Numbered from the stretch's first letter, positions 11,478 to 22,138 are shown. The stretch: 64,000 bases of DNA from an uncultured delta proteobacterium (GCA_963776345.1 CAVZMH010000020.1:64001-128000), one strand, 5' to 3'. A program made the numbers and translations. Notes: a model not told the origin generated them from the letters alone.

Positions 11478-13871
11478 GCTCGCCGGAGCAGCGGGGGCTG
11501 ACGACCCGGTGGTCACGCTGCTCTCCGCCGCCACGACCGCGTACGAGATCCTCCTGGTCCGCCTCTTCGGCGTGGAGCAGTTCCACCACTTCGCCACGAT
11601 GGCGATCGGCGTCGCGCTTCTCGGGCTCGGCGCCAGCGGCACGCTGGGCGCCCTCCTTCCGCCGGCAGACGCTGGGGCGGCGGGACGCCGGCTCCGCGTC
11701 GCCGCGATCGCCACCGCGCTGGCCCTGGTCGCCTCGCCCTGGCTCTCCCACCGGGTGAACGTCGAGCCGACCCAGCTGCCCTTCGAGCGGGGCCAGTGGC
11801 TCCGGCTGGCGGTGCTCGTCGCGGGGCTCGCGCTTCCCTTCCTCGCCGGGGGTCTCGCCACCCTGACCGGCTTCGTGCTCGCGCCCGGCCGCACCGGCCG
11901 CCTCTACGGCGCGAGCTTCGCCGGGGGCGCGCTGGGAGTGGCGCTCGCCCTGGTCGTTCTCTTCGTGCTCCCGCCGGCGAGGTCGCTCGTCCTCCCGCCG
12001 GTGCTCGCTGCCCTGGGGGCGATGGCCCTCGGGTGGCGGAGCGTGGCCGGGTCGCTGGCCGCGGTCGGGGGGCTCGTCGGGGCCTGGCTCTTCCTCGGGC
12101 CGGGATGGGACGCTCAGCTCAGCCCGTACAAGAGTCTCCCGCAGCTCTCGGCGCTCCCCGGCGCGCGCCGGGTCGCCGAGCGCTTCAGTCCCCTGGGATG
12201 GGTCCTGGCCATCGAGGCGCCGTCCTTTCACGCCGCGCCCGGCCTGTCGCTGGCCTTCCACGGGAGCTTCCCCCGGCAGACCGCGCTCCTGCTCGACGGA
12301 GACGTCGCCGGGGCGGCCACCGACCTGACCGATCCCGGAGCGGCGGCGCTGGCGGCTGCGCTCCCGACCTCGGTGCCGTACGCGCTGGCCGAGCGCCGTC
12401 GCGTCCTCCTGGTCGGGGTGGGTGATGGGCTCGACCTCGAGGCGGCGCTCGAGTCCGGCGCCGAGCGGGTGATGATGCTGGAGCCAAACCCGGACCTGCT
12501 TCGCCTCGCCCGCGAGCTTGGCCGTCTCAAGTTCTGGCAGGAGGGGCCGCTCGAGGATCGGGTCGGTCAGGCCCGTGCCGTCCTGGCCCGCGGACGGGAA
12601 ACGTTCGATCTCATCTCGCTGGCCCCCGCCACGGGCCACGGAGCCTCGGTGGGCGGGGTTCGCGCCCTGGAGGAGGACTTCCTCCACACGGCCGATGCGT
12701 ACGAGCTCTTCCTGCGCCACCTCGAGCCGGAGGGCGTTCTCTCGGTCACCACCTGGCTGTCGACTCCGCCCCGGGAGAGCGTGCGGACCGTGCTCACGGT
12801 CGGGGAGGCGTTGCGGCGACTCGGCCATCCTCCGGCGCTCAGGCTGATCGTTCTGCGGAGCTGGGGGACGGTCACCGTGCTGGCGCGGCCGGTGGCCTTC
12901 AGCGCCGGGGAGCTGGCGCAGGTGCGTGCTCTGGCCCGTGAGCGCGGGCTCGATCTCGACTGGCCACTGGAGGAGCGCTCCTCCGAGCTCCCGTTCAACG
13001 TGCTCGAGGACACCTCGCTCCGGCAGGCCGCGGCCGTCACCACCCGAACCCCGGAGGACGCGGCCCGCTTCGCGGCGGGGTACCCTTTCGACGTGGCGCC
13101 GGTGGACGACGCGCGGCCCTATCCGCACCACTTCCTGAGGCTGAGGAGCATCCCGGCGCTGGTGCAAGGCGCCCGGGGCTCGTGGCTTCCCTTCGCCGAG
13201 TGGGGCCCGATCGCGATGCTCGCGACGCTGGTGCAGACCGCCCTGGTCGCGATGTTGCTCCTGGTGGTTCCAGTCGCGGTGTGGGGGCGCCGCACCGGAC
13301 GGACCGCTCCGTGGTGGGCGTTGCTTGGGTACTTCGGAGCGCTGGGGTTCGCGTACATGGCGGCGGAGGTCGCGGCCATCCAGCAGCTCGGGCTGCTCCT
13401 CGGTCATCCGGTCTACGCGGTGGCGGGGGTCCTGGTGGTCTTTCTGCTCTGCTCCGGCGTGGGGAGCGCCTGGTCCGACCGGCTCCAGCCCTCGGCGGGC
13501 CGTGGCGCGTGCGTGCTCCTCGCGCTCCTGCTTGCGGGATGGCCGTGGGGCTGCTCGGTCTCGTGCACCGGCTCGAGCCGGTTGCGATGCCAGTCAGGAT
13601 CCTCGCGATCCTGGCCGCCCTGGCTCCAGCGGCCTTCCTGATGGGAGTGCCGTTCGCGCTTGGACTCCGGCGGCTCGCTCCGGAGGGTGGGGCGCTGGCC
13701 TGGGCCTGGGCGTCGAACGGCTTCGCCTCGGTGGTCGCCGCGCCGCTGTCCGCCCTGCTGTCGCTGGAGCTTGGTTCCCGGGTCCTCCTCGCGTCCGCCG
13801 CGGCGGCGTACGCGCTGGCGGGCGCGGTGATCTGGGCGGCGGGACGACAGGGGGCACGCCGCCCGGCGTGA
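11474..13871 (+). CDS. Multi-pass membrane protein with central spermidine-synthase-like SAM-binding domain; apparent frameshifts near 11505 and 13538
   Basis: ORF 11509..13641 (AYEILLVRLF, LLVGVGDG, FDLI) continues in another frame (FLMGVPFALGLRRL...AWAWASNGFASV) to the stop at 13871. Confidence 0.75.
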
Positions 13872-14144
13872 CTGGCCGGAACAGGCGAGCGGCAACGCGT
13901 CGCTCGCGACTCGAGGGCTGCCGCCTGGACCGAGTGCGTCTCTCACGCCCCCGGCGTGCAGCGAGCCCGAGTCGTCGCATCATCGCCCGGACGGTGCCCC
14001 CCGGGTCGACCGCCTCACCACGTCCCACGGCCCCGGGGGCTCCGCCGGCCCGGCGACTGGACAGGAAACGTACCTGACTATTCCCACGGAGATGATCAGG
14101 TGACTTACCTGACTTTCGAGAGGGTTCCCCGCGCGCGCCCGGGC

Positions 14145-14804
14145 TCAGACGCCGGTCACCAGGCCCACCGGACAGCTGACGCCGGTGCCGCCGATGCCGC
14201 AGTACCCGCCCGGATTCTTGGCCAGGTACTGCTGGTGGTAGTCCTCGGCGTAGAAGAACTCCGGGGCCTGGCGGATCTCGGTGCTGATGCGGCCGTGCCC
14301 GGCGGCGGCGAGGACCTTCTGGTACGCCTCCCGGGAGGCCTCCGCGGCCCGGCGCTGCTCCTCGTCGAAGGTGTAGATGGCGCTCCGGTACTGCGTGCCC
14401 GCGTCGTTGCCCTGGCGCATGCCCTGGGTCGGGTCGTGGCCCTCCCAGAAGGCGCGGAGCAGCTTCTCGTAGCTGGTCACCTTCGGGTCGAACACCACCA
14501 GCACCACCTCGGCGTGCCCGGTGCGGCCGGAGCAGACCTCCTTGTAGGTGGGGTTGGGGGTGAGCCCGCCGGCGTAGCCGACCGCGGTCACCGTCACGCC
14601 GGGCGCCTGCCAGAAGAGCCGCTCGGCGCCCCAGAAGCATCCCATCCCGAACAGGGCCTGCTCCTTGCCCGGCCACGGCCCGACCAGTGGCTGGCCGTTG
14701 ACGAAGTGCCTGTCGGGGACCGGCATCCGCGCGCTCCGGCCCGGGAGGGCCTCGGCGGCGGTGGGGAGGGTCAGCTTGGCGGATCTCGACTCGAAGTAGC
14801 CCAT
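14145..14804 (-). CDS. msrA: Peptide-methionine (S)-S-oxide reductase
   Basis: GCFWG active site, [23 protein letters not shown] 14804 with AGGTGAG RBS. Confidence 0.97.
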   Translation of the reverse strand: MGYFESRSAKLTLPTAAEALPGRSARMPVPDRHFVNGQPLVGPWPGKEQALFGMGCFWGAERLFWQAPGVTVTAVGYAGGLTPNPTYKEVCSGRTGHAEVVLVVFDPKVTSYEKLLRAFWEGHDPTQGMRQGNDAGTQYRSAIYTFDEEQRRAAEASREAYQKVLAAAGHGRISTEIRQAPEFFYAEDYHQQYLAKNPGGYCGIGGTGVSCPVGLVTGV

Positions 14805-14869
14805 GACTCTCACCTTCTAAGGCGCGCCCCCCGGGCGTGCCAGACTCCCCTGCTACGCGAGGTTCCTCG

Positions 14870-15553
14870 ATGAGGTTACGCACGCTCGGTCCCTACCTGA
14901 TGCTCGTGCCGCCGGCGGTGGCGCTGATCCTCCTCGCCGACCAGTTCCCGTTGCGGATGCCGGTGCACTGGGACGCCGCCGGCAGGCCGAACGGCTTCTT
15001 TCCGCGCACTCCGCTCGCGCTCGCCTTTCCCCTTCTGCTCCTCGGGGGGATCTTGCTCCTGTTCGACGCCATCGCGGCGAGCAGCGGACGGACGGGGCCG
15101 GACTCGGTCGGGGAGGGCGTCCGCCGGCTCCTCGGGCCGATTCGCTGGGTCCTGGCGCTCATGGCGACGCCCGCCGCATTCGCCCCGCTGTGGGGGCCGA
15201 CGCCGGTCCTGGTTGGCGCAGCAGCGCTGGTGGTCGTCGTGGTGGTGCAGATCGCCCGTGCCCCGCGCATCACGCCGGCCAGCGACGATGGATGGCGCGG
15301 CGGACTGTTCTACGTGAACGCCGCGGATCCGCGGCTGCTGGTGCCGAAGCGCTCGGGGTACGGCTGGACCTTCAACTTCGCGCGCCCCCTCGCGTGGGTG
15401 TTGCTCGCCGTCCTGATACTCGGGCCTCTCCTGGTCGTGCTCCTCGTGGGGCTCGGCCGCCTCCCAGCGTTGAAAGCGTTGAAAGCGTTGGGCAGCGGGC
15501 TGCGGATCCATCAGCCAGTTGCATCTGGCGTCGTCGCTCCGGAAACCTGGTAG
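14870..15553 (+). CDS. DUF1648/DUF5808-type membrane protein
   Basis: PVHW..G.PNG and [24 protein letters not shown] motifs; several TM segments. Confidence 0.75.
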   Translation: MRLRTLGPYLMLVPPAVALILLADQFPLRMPVHWDAAGRPNGFFPRTPLALAFPLLLLGGILLLFDAIAASSGRTGPDSVGEGVRRLLGPIRWVLALMATPAAFAPLWGPTPVLVGAAALVVVVVVQIARAPRITPASDDGWRGGLFYVNAADPRLLVPKRSGYGWTFNFARPLAWVLLAVLILGPLLVVLLVGLGRLPALKALKALGSGLRIHQPVASGVVAPETW

Positions 15554-15579
15554 CCGGAACATTCTCCGGAGGGAGGGCC

Positions 15580-16107
15580 ATGGGCTGGGCAGACGGGCTG
15601 GGTCAGGTGCTGCAGAACGTGCTGGGTGGCAATGCCTCGGAGGCGGACGTCCACGCGGCCTTCGACAAGGTCGCCGGCGCGGCGCCCCACGGGGCGCTCG
15701 CCGAGGGGATCAGTCATGTCTTCAACTCGGACCAGACACCGCCCTTCGAGCAGATGGTGGGCGGGCTCTTCGGGCAATCCTCGCCGGACCAGAAGGCGGC
15801 GCTCCTGAACCAGGTGCTGTCCAGCCTCGGCCCGGCCGCGAGCCAGGTGCTCGGGGGCGCGGGTGGTCTCGGCGGGCTCGGGGGCCTCGCCAGCGTGCTC
15901 CAGGGCGGAGGGACGGTGTCCGCGGCCCAGGCGCAACAGGTCTCGCCGCAGGTGGTCGAGGGCCTCGCCGCGAAGGCGCGGGAGATCAACCCGGGCATCG
16001 TCGACGCGATCTCGGGCTTCTACGCGAAGAACCCGGCGCTGGTGAAGGCCATCGGCGCCGGCGCGCTGGCGCTGCTGATGTCGAAGCTCTCCAAGGGAGG
16101 CCGTTGA
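15580..16107 (+). CDS. Hypothetical protein (YidB-like, Gly-rich helical)
   Basis: GGAGG RBS, high GC3; FNSDQTPPFEQMVGGLFGQS...GIVDAISGFYAKNPALVK. Confidence 0.7.
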   Translation: MGWADGLGQVLQNVLGGNASEADVHAAFDKVAGAAPHGALAEGISHVFNSDQTPPFEQMVGGLFGQSSPDQKAALLNQVLSSLGPAASQVLGGAGGLGGLGGLASVLQGGGTVSAAQAQQVSPQVVEGLAAKAREINPGIVDAISGFYAKNPALVKAIGAGALALLMSKLSKGGR

Positions 16108-17090
16108 TGCGCGGCTCGCTGCGTGCGTCGGTGCTGCTGCTCGCGCTGTCCGTGGTCCTCCCGCGTCTGGCGCTCGCCGACGACGCGGCCGAGGTCACCT
16201 GCAAGGACGGGACGAAGAGCAAGGGCGGGAGCGGTGCATGCAGCGGCCACGGCGGCGTGGACAAGAGCGCCTCGAAGGCCAAGAGCGAGCCGAAGCCCAA
16301 GAGCGAGAGCAAGGCTAAGAGCAAGAGCGAGAAGAGCAAGTCCGCTGCGTCCGCCGAGGCCGCGCCGGCCACGGCGAGCGCCGGCGAGGCCGGCGAGACC
16401 GAGGTCACCTGCAAGGACGGGACGAAGAGCAAGGGCGGGAGCGGCGCGTGCAGCGGCCACGGCGGCGTGGACAAGAGCGCCTCGAAGGCCAAGAGCGAGA
16501 AGAGCGAGTCGAAGAGCAAGAGCGCGTCCTCGTCCAAGTCGAAGAGCATGTCCGCTCCGTCGGCCGAGGCCGCGCCCGGCGCGGCGAGCGCCGGCGAGGG
16601 TGGCGAGACCGAGGTCACTTGCAAGGACGGGACGAAGAGCAGGGGCGGAAGCGGCGCGTGCAGCGGGCACGGCGGCGTGGACAAGTCGGGCGGAGCCGCT
16701 GCGTCCACCTCGAAGTCGAAGAGCGCTCCGGCGGCCGAGGCTGCGGCGCCCGCTGCGGCGAGCGCCGGCGCGGCCGAGGTGACGTGCAAGGACGGCACGA
16801 AGAGCAAGGGCGGAAGCGGCGCCTGCAGCGGGCACGGCGGCGTGGACAAGTCGGGCGGAGCGGCTGCGGCGAGCGCGGCGGCCCCGGCGGCGGCTCCTGC
16901 GCCCGCGGCTCCGATAGCTCCGGCAGCAGTGCCCGCTCCGACGAAGACCACCAGCGCTCCCGCCGAGGAAGGCGGGCCGGCGACGGCGAAGTGCAAGGAC
17001 GGGACGCTCAGCTACTCCAAGCACCACACCGGCACGTGCTCGAACCACGGCGGCGTCGCGGAGTGGCTCGACGGCTCGCAGGCGCACTGA
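16107..17090 (+). CDS. Secreted DUF3761-repeat protein
   Basis: Signal peptide; four VTCKDGTKS(K/R)GGSGACSGHGGVDKS repeats plus terminal ATAKCKDGTLSYSKHHTGTCSNHGGVAEW; Lys/Ser/Ala linkers. Confidence 0.8.
   Translation: MRGSLRASVLLLALSVVLPRLALADDAAEVTCKDGTKSKGGSGACSGHGGVDKSASKAKSEPKPKSESKAKSKSEKSKSAASAEAAPATASAGEAGETEVTCKDGTKSKGGSGACSGHGGVDKSASKAKSEKSESKSKSASSSKSKSMSAPSAEAAPGAASAGEGGETEVTCKDGTKSRGGSGACSGHGGVDKSGGAAASTSKSKSAPAAEAAAPAAASAGAAEVTCKDGTKSKGGSGACSGHGGVDKSGGAAAASAAAPAAAPAPAAPIAPAAVPAPTKTTSAPAEEGGPATAKCKDGTLSYSKHHTGTCSNHGGVAEWLDGSQAH
16187..16850 (+). repeat. Intragenic repeats, four copies of a ~80-bp core spaced ~170-210 bp apart
   Basis: GAGGTCACCTGCAAGGACGGGACGAAGAGC...GGCGGCGTGGACAAG recurs near 16191, 16401, 16611 and 16776. 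Confidence 0.9.
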
Positions 17091-17125
17091 CCCGGGCTGG
17101 CGACGAGCGCCGGCCGACCTGATCG

Positions 17126-17554
17126 CTAGCGAATCGGATCGACGAGTCGGAGGCCGTCGAAGCGCGTGAAGTCGCGGTCGGTGGTGGCGAGCGCGGCGCC
17201 GTGCTCGATGGCCAGCGCTGCGAGATGGGCATCGGACACCAGAGGTCCACGCGCCTGGCTCGCCGAGAGAAGACCGACCAGGATCTCCCAGTGGCCCGGC
17301 CCCGGGCCGGGCACGACGACGCACGGAACCTCCAGCCAGGAGGAGACGATCTCCGTCGCCTCCGCGATGGAGAGAGGACGGGTCAGGACGCGGGGGTTGG
17401 TCGAGATCCGCACGAAGGCCAGGAGCACCGCCCACGGAAGCCCGACCGGGGCGGAGCCCGAGAATTGCTCCTCGAGCCACGAGCGCGCGCCCCGGTGGCG
17501 GCGGGAGGTCGCGTCGTAGGCGTACAGGAGGAGATTGGCGTCGACGATCGTCAA
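17126..17554 (-). CDS. vapC: VapC PIN-domain toxin
   Basis: TTG start (M)TIVDANLLLYAYD; LVSDAHLAALAIEHG...TTDRDFTRF. Confidence 0.9.
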   Translation of the reverse strand: MTIVDANLLLYAYDATSRRHRGARSWLEEQFSGSAPVGLPWAVLLAFVRISTNPRVLTRPLSIAEATEIVSSWLEVPCVVVPGPGPGHWEILVGLLSASQARGPLVSDAHLAALAIEHGAALATTDRDFTRFDGLRLVDPIR

Positions 17555-17797
17555 CGGTGCGACGGCCCCTCGACCTGCTTCGAGCAGCCCGCCGATGTCG
17601 TCGTACTCGAGCCCGGGGCGAAGCCCGAGGTCCCGCGGCTTCACCCGGAACGGTGCGCGCGTGCCGGTGCGTCGAGCGTTGAGAGCGAAACGCAGGAGCT
17701 CGTTGACCACCTGCTTGAACGGACGTCCCGACTTCCGGGCCTCGCTCTGCACCCGCGCGGCGACGTCCTCCTCGAGCGTGAGCGTCGTCCTTGGCAC
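17551..17797 (-). CDS. VapB-type ribbon-helix-helix antitoxin; +1 frameshift near 17580 fuses it to vapC as sequenced
   Basis: MPRTTLTLEEDVA...FKQVVNELLR. Removing one base at 17579-17580 gives ...LLEQVEGPSHR* with TGA overlapping the vapC TTG. Confidence 0.8.
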
Positions 17798-17831
17798 ATC
17801 AAGATGCTATTGAGAGGCATCATGATGTCAA
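17797..17831 (-). promoter_or_regulatory. Sigma70-type promoter of vapBC with two overlapping palindromic operators
   Basis: Minus strand TTGACA (17831-17826), 16 nt, TAGCAT (17809-17804). CATCATGATG (17818-17827) and CATCAAGATG (17797-17806) lie 21 bp apart. Confidence 0.7.
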
Positions 17832-18121
17832 CGACCCCGCAGCGCGTCGGCGAGCACGGCCGCCTCGTTCGCCCGGAAGCGAGCCTCGGTCCTGAGCGAG
17901 GGAGGGGTCCCGGATCGCTCCTCGGTCCCGGTCCAGAGCGTCCGGCGGCGCTCGCACTCCGCGACGCAGGCCAGCCGCTCCTGCCGGACCGCGGTCCGGA
18001 GCGCCGTCTCCAGGCGGTGCGCCAGGTCCTCGACGCTGGCTCTGCCCAGCGAGGGATGAGCGCGGAGGATGTCCGCGGCGATCATCCCCGCGAGCGCGGT
18101 GAGCGAGAATTCCTGCTCCAC
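17828..18121 (-). CDS. Hypothetical protein
   Basis: GTG start with AGGAGG RBS; 97 aa, helical; downstream of mutY. Confidence 0.6.
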   Translation of the reverse strand: MEQEFSLTALAGMIAADILRAHPSLGRASVEDLAHRLETALRTAVRQERLACVAECERRRTLWTGTEERSGTPPSLRTEARFRANEAAVLADALRGR

Positions 18122-19177
18122 GGCCTGCCTCCTTCCGGTCCGTGGCCAGCGAGGACGCGCTGGAGCACGGCCTGCATCGCGGCGGACACGCCGAGCGTCT
18201 CAATCTCCCCGGCAGTCGCCCAGCGCGCCCCGTCCGGGGGCTCGAGACGCTCGACCTCGTAGATCTCGAAGCGTGAGCGCGCGGTGGGTCAAGGTCCGCT
18301 CCACGCGCCCGAGCGGGCGGAGCGCCTCGCCCATCTCCGGCCAGCGGGCGCGCAGCGCCTCGACCTCGCTGCCCGGCGCGCACTCGACGCCCGGGAGCTC
18401 CCAGAGCCCGCCGAAGAGTCCCGTCCCGTGACGGCGGACGAGGAGCACCGCCTCGCCCTTCCGCGCCGCCGCCACGGCGAGATGCAGCGCCCGGCGGGCA
18501 GTGCGGACCTTCGGCGCGGGGATGTCCGCCACCCGGCCGGTGGCGAGGGCGACGCAATGGGCCCGCACCGGGCAGAGGAGGCACGTCGGCTGCTCGGGCC
18601 GGCACACGGTCGCGCCGAGCTCCATCAGCGCCTGGTTCCAGTCGCCCGGGCGCTCGCCCTGGACCAGCGCCTCGGCCAGGGCCCACAGCGCCTTCTCGCG
18701 CCCGGCGTCTCCCGTCGCCCCCTCGATGCCGAACAGCCGGGCGAGCACCCGCGCCACGTTCCCGTCGACGAGCGGGACCTCGCGCCGGAAGGCGATCGAG
18801 GCCACCGCACCCACCGTGTACCGTCCGAAACCGGGCAGGGCGCGGAGCGCCTCCACGTCGTCGGGGAGCTGGCCCCCGTGTCGCTCGACGACGGCCTGCG
18901 CCGCCCGGTGGAGATTGCGCGCCCGCGCGTAGTAGCCGAGCCCGCGCCACGCGGCGAGCACCTGGTCCAGGCTCGCCCGGGCCAGCGCGCCCACGTCGGG
19001 GAAGCGGGCGAGGAACGCGGTCCAGTACGGAAGCACCACCGAGACCTGGGTCTGCTGGAGCATCACCTCGCTCACCCAGATGCCGTAGGGGTCGCGGGTG
19101 CGCCGCCAGGGGAGATCCCGGGCCTGCGCGTCGTACCAGCCGAGCAGCGCGGAGCGGAGCTCGGTGGGCGCCGGCAC
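18082..19177 (-). CDS. mutY: A/G-specific adenine DNA glycosylase; frameshift near 18270
   Basis: RDLPWR, WVSEVMLQQT, GLGYYARARNLH, VDGNVARV, Fe-S motif C-x6-C-x2-C-x5-C, NUDIX-like tail. Deleting one base restores LTLEIYEV. Confidence 0.93.
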
Positions 19178-19258
19178 GCTCGCTCGCCGCGTACGCCGCC
19201 CCGGCCTCGTTCGCCCCCCGCTGACAGGGGCCCGGGCTACAGTCCTCTTCGAGCCGAG

Positions 19259-20257
19259 ATGGGCCAGAACGTCCTCACGAACGACTTCAGCTGGTCGAAG
19301 AGCCGCCACGAGAAGTTCCAGGACTGCCGGCGGGCCTACTACCTCCATTACTACGGGAGCTGGGGCGGCTGGGAGGACGGCGCGCATCCCGAGCTCCGCC
19401 AGCTCTGGGTGCTGAAGAAGCTCGCCAACCGCTTCAACTGGGCGGGCAGCGTGGTCCATGCGGTCATCAAGGATGCGCTGCTCGACGTCCGCGCCGGGCG
19501 GCGGCCGGACGCGGCGCGGGCCATCGTCCGGGCGCGGGCCGTCATGCGCGAGGACTACAAGCACTCGCGCGCCCGGGCCTACTGGAAGGAGCGCCGCCGG
19601 CTCGAGTTCATGGGCCTGATGGAGCACGAGTACGGCGAGCCTCTGCCGGACAGCGAGTGGAAGCGGACCTGGGACGGCGTGGAGGCGGCGCTGACCTGGT
19701 TCTTCCAGTCGCCGTGGCTCGAGCGGGCGCGGGCGCTGCAGCCGCAGCAGTGGCTGGAGGTGGACGAGGGCGCCGACCACAGCTGGTTCGAGATGGACGG
19801 GGTGAAGATGTTCGCCATCCCGGACTTCGCCTTCCGCGACCACGACGGCCACATCACCGTGGTGGACTGGAAGACCGGCGCGCCGCACACCGGCTACGAG
19901 GACCAGGTGGTGGGCTACGCGCTGTACCTCGCCCACCGGCACCGGGTGGAGCCGCAGCAGATCCGCTGCCGGCTGGTGTTCCTCAACGCCGGGCAGGAGG
20001 TCGAGGTCCCGGTCGACGCGCAGACCATCGAGCACTTCTCGGTGAAGTTCCGCGAGTCGGTGCAGCGGATGCGCGAGCTCCTGGTCAACGCCGCGGCGAA
20101 CACCCCGCTCGACGCCGCGCAGTTCCCGATGACCGAGGAGCTCTCGCAGTGCGCCCGCTGCGCGTTCCGCCGCGCGTGCGGTCGGCAGAGCGTGACCTTC
20201 GCCTCGCTCCCGCCGCGGCCGCCGCAGCCGGAAGAGCCGAGCGTCAGCGCCGCCTAG
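19259..20257 (+). CDS. PD-(D/E)XK nuclease family protein (AddB/Cas4-like Cys arrangement)
   Basis: FSWS...C.R.YY, IPDF...VVDWKTG, QxxxY, C-terminal CARCAFRRAC. Confidence 0.85.
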   Translation: MGQNVLTNDFSWSKSRHEKFQDCRRAYYLHYYGSWGGWEDGAHPELRQLWVLKKLANRFNWAGSVVHAVIKDALLDVRAGRRPDAARAIVRARAVMREDYKHSRARAYWKERRRLEFMGLMEHEYGEPLPDSEWKRTWDGVEAALTWFFQSPWLERARALQPQQWLEVDEGADHSWFEMDGVKMFAIPDFAFRDHDGHITVVDWKTGAPHTGYEDQVVGYALYLAHRHRVEPQQIRCRLVFLNAGQEVEVPVDAQTIEHFSVKFRESVQRMRELLVNAAANTPLDAAQFPMTEELSQCARCAFRRACGRQSVTFASLPPRPPQPEEPSVSAA

Positions 20258-20258
20258 C

Positions 20259-21122
20259 CTAGCGGCCGTGCGCGATGCGGCGGACCACCACGCCCGCCGC
20301 GTTCATCCCGAACACGCTGGTGACAAAGCCCACGCTGCCGTTCACCTGGGTACGGTGATCGCAGGTGTGGAAGTCGTTCTCGCGGCTCGGGCAGACGCAG
20401 AGGAAGCCCTCAGTCGCCGCGTCGTAGGTGAGGGGGACCGGGGTCCGGGGCGGCTCGACCGAGTAGACGGCGGTGATGCCTGTGCGCCGGTCGGTCTCCA
20501 GGCCGTACTTTCGCTTGAGGAGCTTCCGGACGTCCTTGGCCAGCGGGTCCATGATGGTCTCCGAGAGGTCGTCGACCCGGATGGCGGTGGGGTCGAGCCG
20601 GCCGGCGGCGCCCATGCTGCTCACCACCGGGAGCCCGAGCTGCACGCAGCGGTGCAGGAGGTGCAGCTTGGCCTTCACGTTGTCGATGGCGTCGACCACG
20701 AAGTCCCAGCCGGGCTGGAGCAGCTGCTCGGAGCTCTCGGCGCGGTAGAACTCGGCGACCGGCTCGACGCTGCAGTCCGGGTTCACCTCGCGGCAACGCT
20801 GGGCCATGAGCTCGGCCTTGCTCTTGCCCACGGTGCGCACCGTCGCGTGCAGCTGGCGGTTGAGGTTGGTGACGCAGACCTCGTCGAAGTCCACGAGCGT
20901 GAGGTGTCCCACGCCGCTCCGGACCAGCCCCTCCACCGCATAGCTGCCGACGCCGCCGAGGCCGAAGACGACGACCCGGGCCCGGGCGAGCCGCTCCATG
21001 GCCTCGTCCCCGAGGAGCCGGCCGGTGCGGTCCCACCGGCGCGAGAGCCGGAAGGCGCGCGCGGTCTCGTCGCCGGGGCGTGGTGCCGGCGGGGTGGAGG
21101 GACGGAGCGAGGGAGCGGTCAT
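20259..21122 (-). CDS. tcdA: tRNA threonylcarbamoyladenosine dehydratase (ThiF/E1-like)
   Basis: VFGLGGVGS, LVDFDEVCVTNLNRQ, VVDAIDN, SMGAAGRLDPT. Confidence 0.9.
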   Translation of the reverse strand: MTAPSLRPSTPPAPRPGDETARAFRLSRRWDRTGRLLGDEAMERLARARVVVFGLGGVGSYAVEGLVRSGVGHLTLVDFDEVCVTNLNRQLHATVRTVGKSKAELMAQRCREVNPDCSVEPVAEFYRAESSEQLLQPGWDFVVDAIDNVKAKLHLLHRCVQLGLPVVSSMGAAGRLDPTAIRVDDLSETIMDPLAKDVRKLLKRKYGLETDRRTGITAVYSVEPPRTPVPLTYDAATEGFLCVCPSRENDFHTCDHRTQVNGSVGFVTSVFGMNAAGVVVRRIAHGR

Positions 21123-21304
21123 GGGCGGCCCTTCTCTAGCGCGTCCGGGTCGGCGGTGCGCGGGCCCGTCCCACGGGCCCCCGGGACGGCCCCGGGCGAC
21201 GACCTGGCGCTCGGGCAGGAGGCGGTCGGCTCGTCGCCGGGAGCGTCGGTCTGCAGTCGCGGGGGACTGTGGACCTGGCTGGGCGACGGCTCGCGCGGGC
21301 GTCC

Positions 21305-22091
21305 TCAGAGACGGAAGGCGGGGAACAGTCGCCGGGCATTCTCGGCCACCAGCGCTCCCGTGGCCGCGACGGAGTCCCCGAGGGCCGCCGCGGTCGACTC
21401 GACCACCCGGACCAGGAACGCCGGCTCGTTCCGGCCGCCCCGATGCGGCGCGGGGGCCTGGTCCGGCGCGTCGGTCTCGACCAGCAGCCGGTCGCGGGGG
21501 GTGAGCCGGAGCGCCTCGACCGGCTTCCGCGCCCCGGGCCAGCTCACCGGTCCGGCGAAGCTCAGGTGGCACCCGCGGGCGACGTACGCCGCGACTCGGG
21601 CCGGGCCTCCGCTGTAGCTGTGCAGCACCACGCCGGCCTCGGGCAGCTGCGCGTGGGCGAGCCACTCCTCCAGCGCGGGGTGCGCCCTCTGGCAGTGAAG
21701 GAGGAGCGGGAGCCCGTGCTTCCGGGCGAGCCGTGCGTGTGCCTCGAGCACCCGGACCTGCCGCTCCATCGGAGCCCCGGGGGCGCTGGGCCCGTCGAGC
21801 CCGCACTCTCCCACCGCGACCGCACCGCCGCTGGCCAGGAGCGCGTCCAGCCGCTCGAGCGCGGGTCCGTCACCTTCCTCGGGCAGCTCGGGCAAGCAGC
21901 TGCGGGTGGATGCCGAGTCCGACCTGGACGCGGCGGTCGCTCCGGGGCAGCGCCAGCAGCGCCTCCCAGGCGTCCGGCCCGATGGCCGGGACCAGGATGC
22001 CCTCGACACCTGCCGCCCAGGCGCGCCCGAGCACCGCCTCGCGGTCCGGGTCGAAGCGGGGGACGTCCAGGTGGCAGTGGGTGTCGATCAG
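21305..22091 (-). CDS. tatD: TatD-family deoxyribonuclease; frameshift near 21895, start uncertain
   Basis: IDTHCHLD and GIHP in one frame; AVGECGLD, LHC, LHSYSG and ETDAP in the next. Deleting one base restores QLLPELPE. Confidence 0.88.
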
Positions 22092-22138
22092 CCGGCCGGC
22101 CCTCGTGGCAGAGCAGCCGACCCTAGGCCGGCCGGACG

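Noticed and set aside
15467..15490. GCGTTGAAA short tandem repeat as a phase-variation tract
   Set aside because: Fewer than three copies of a 9-bp in-frame unit; copy change would not shift the frame.
19259..20257. cas4 of a CRISPR system
   Set aside because: Solo PD-(D/E)XK nuclease among housekeeping genes; no cas1/cas2 or array.
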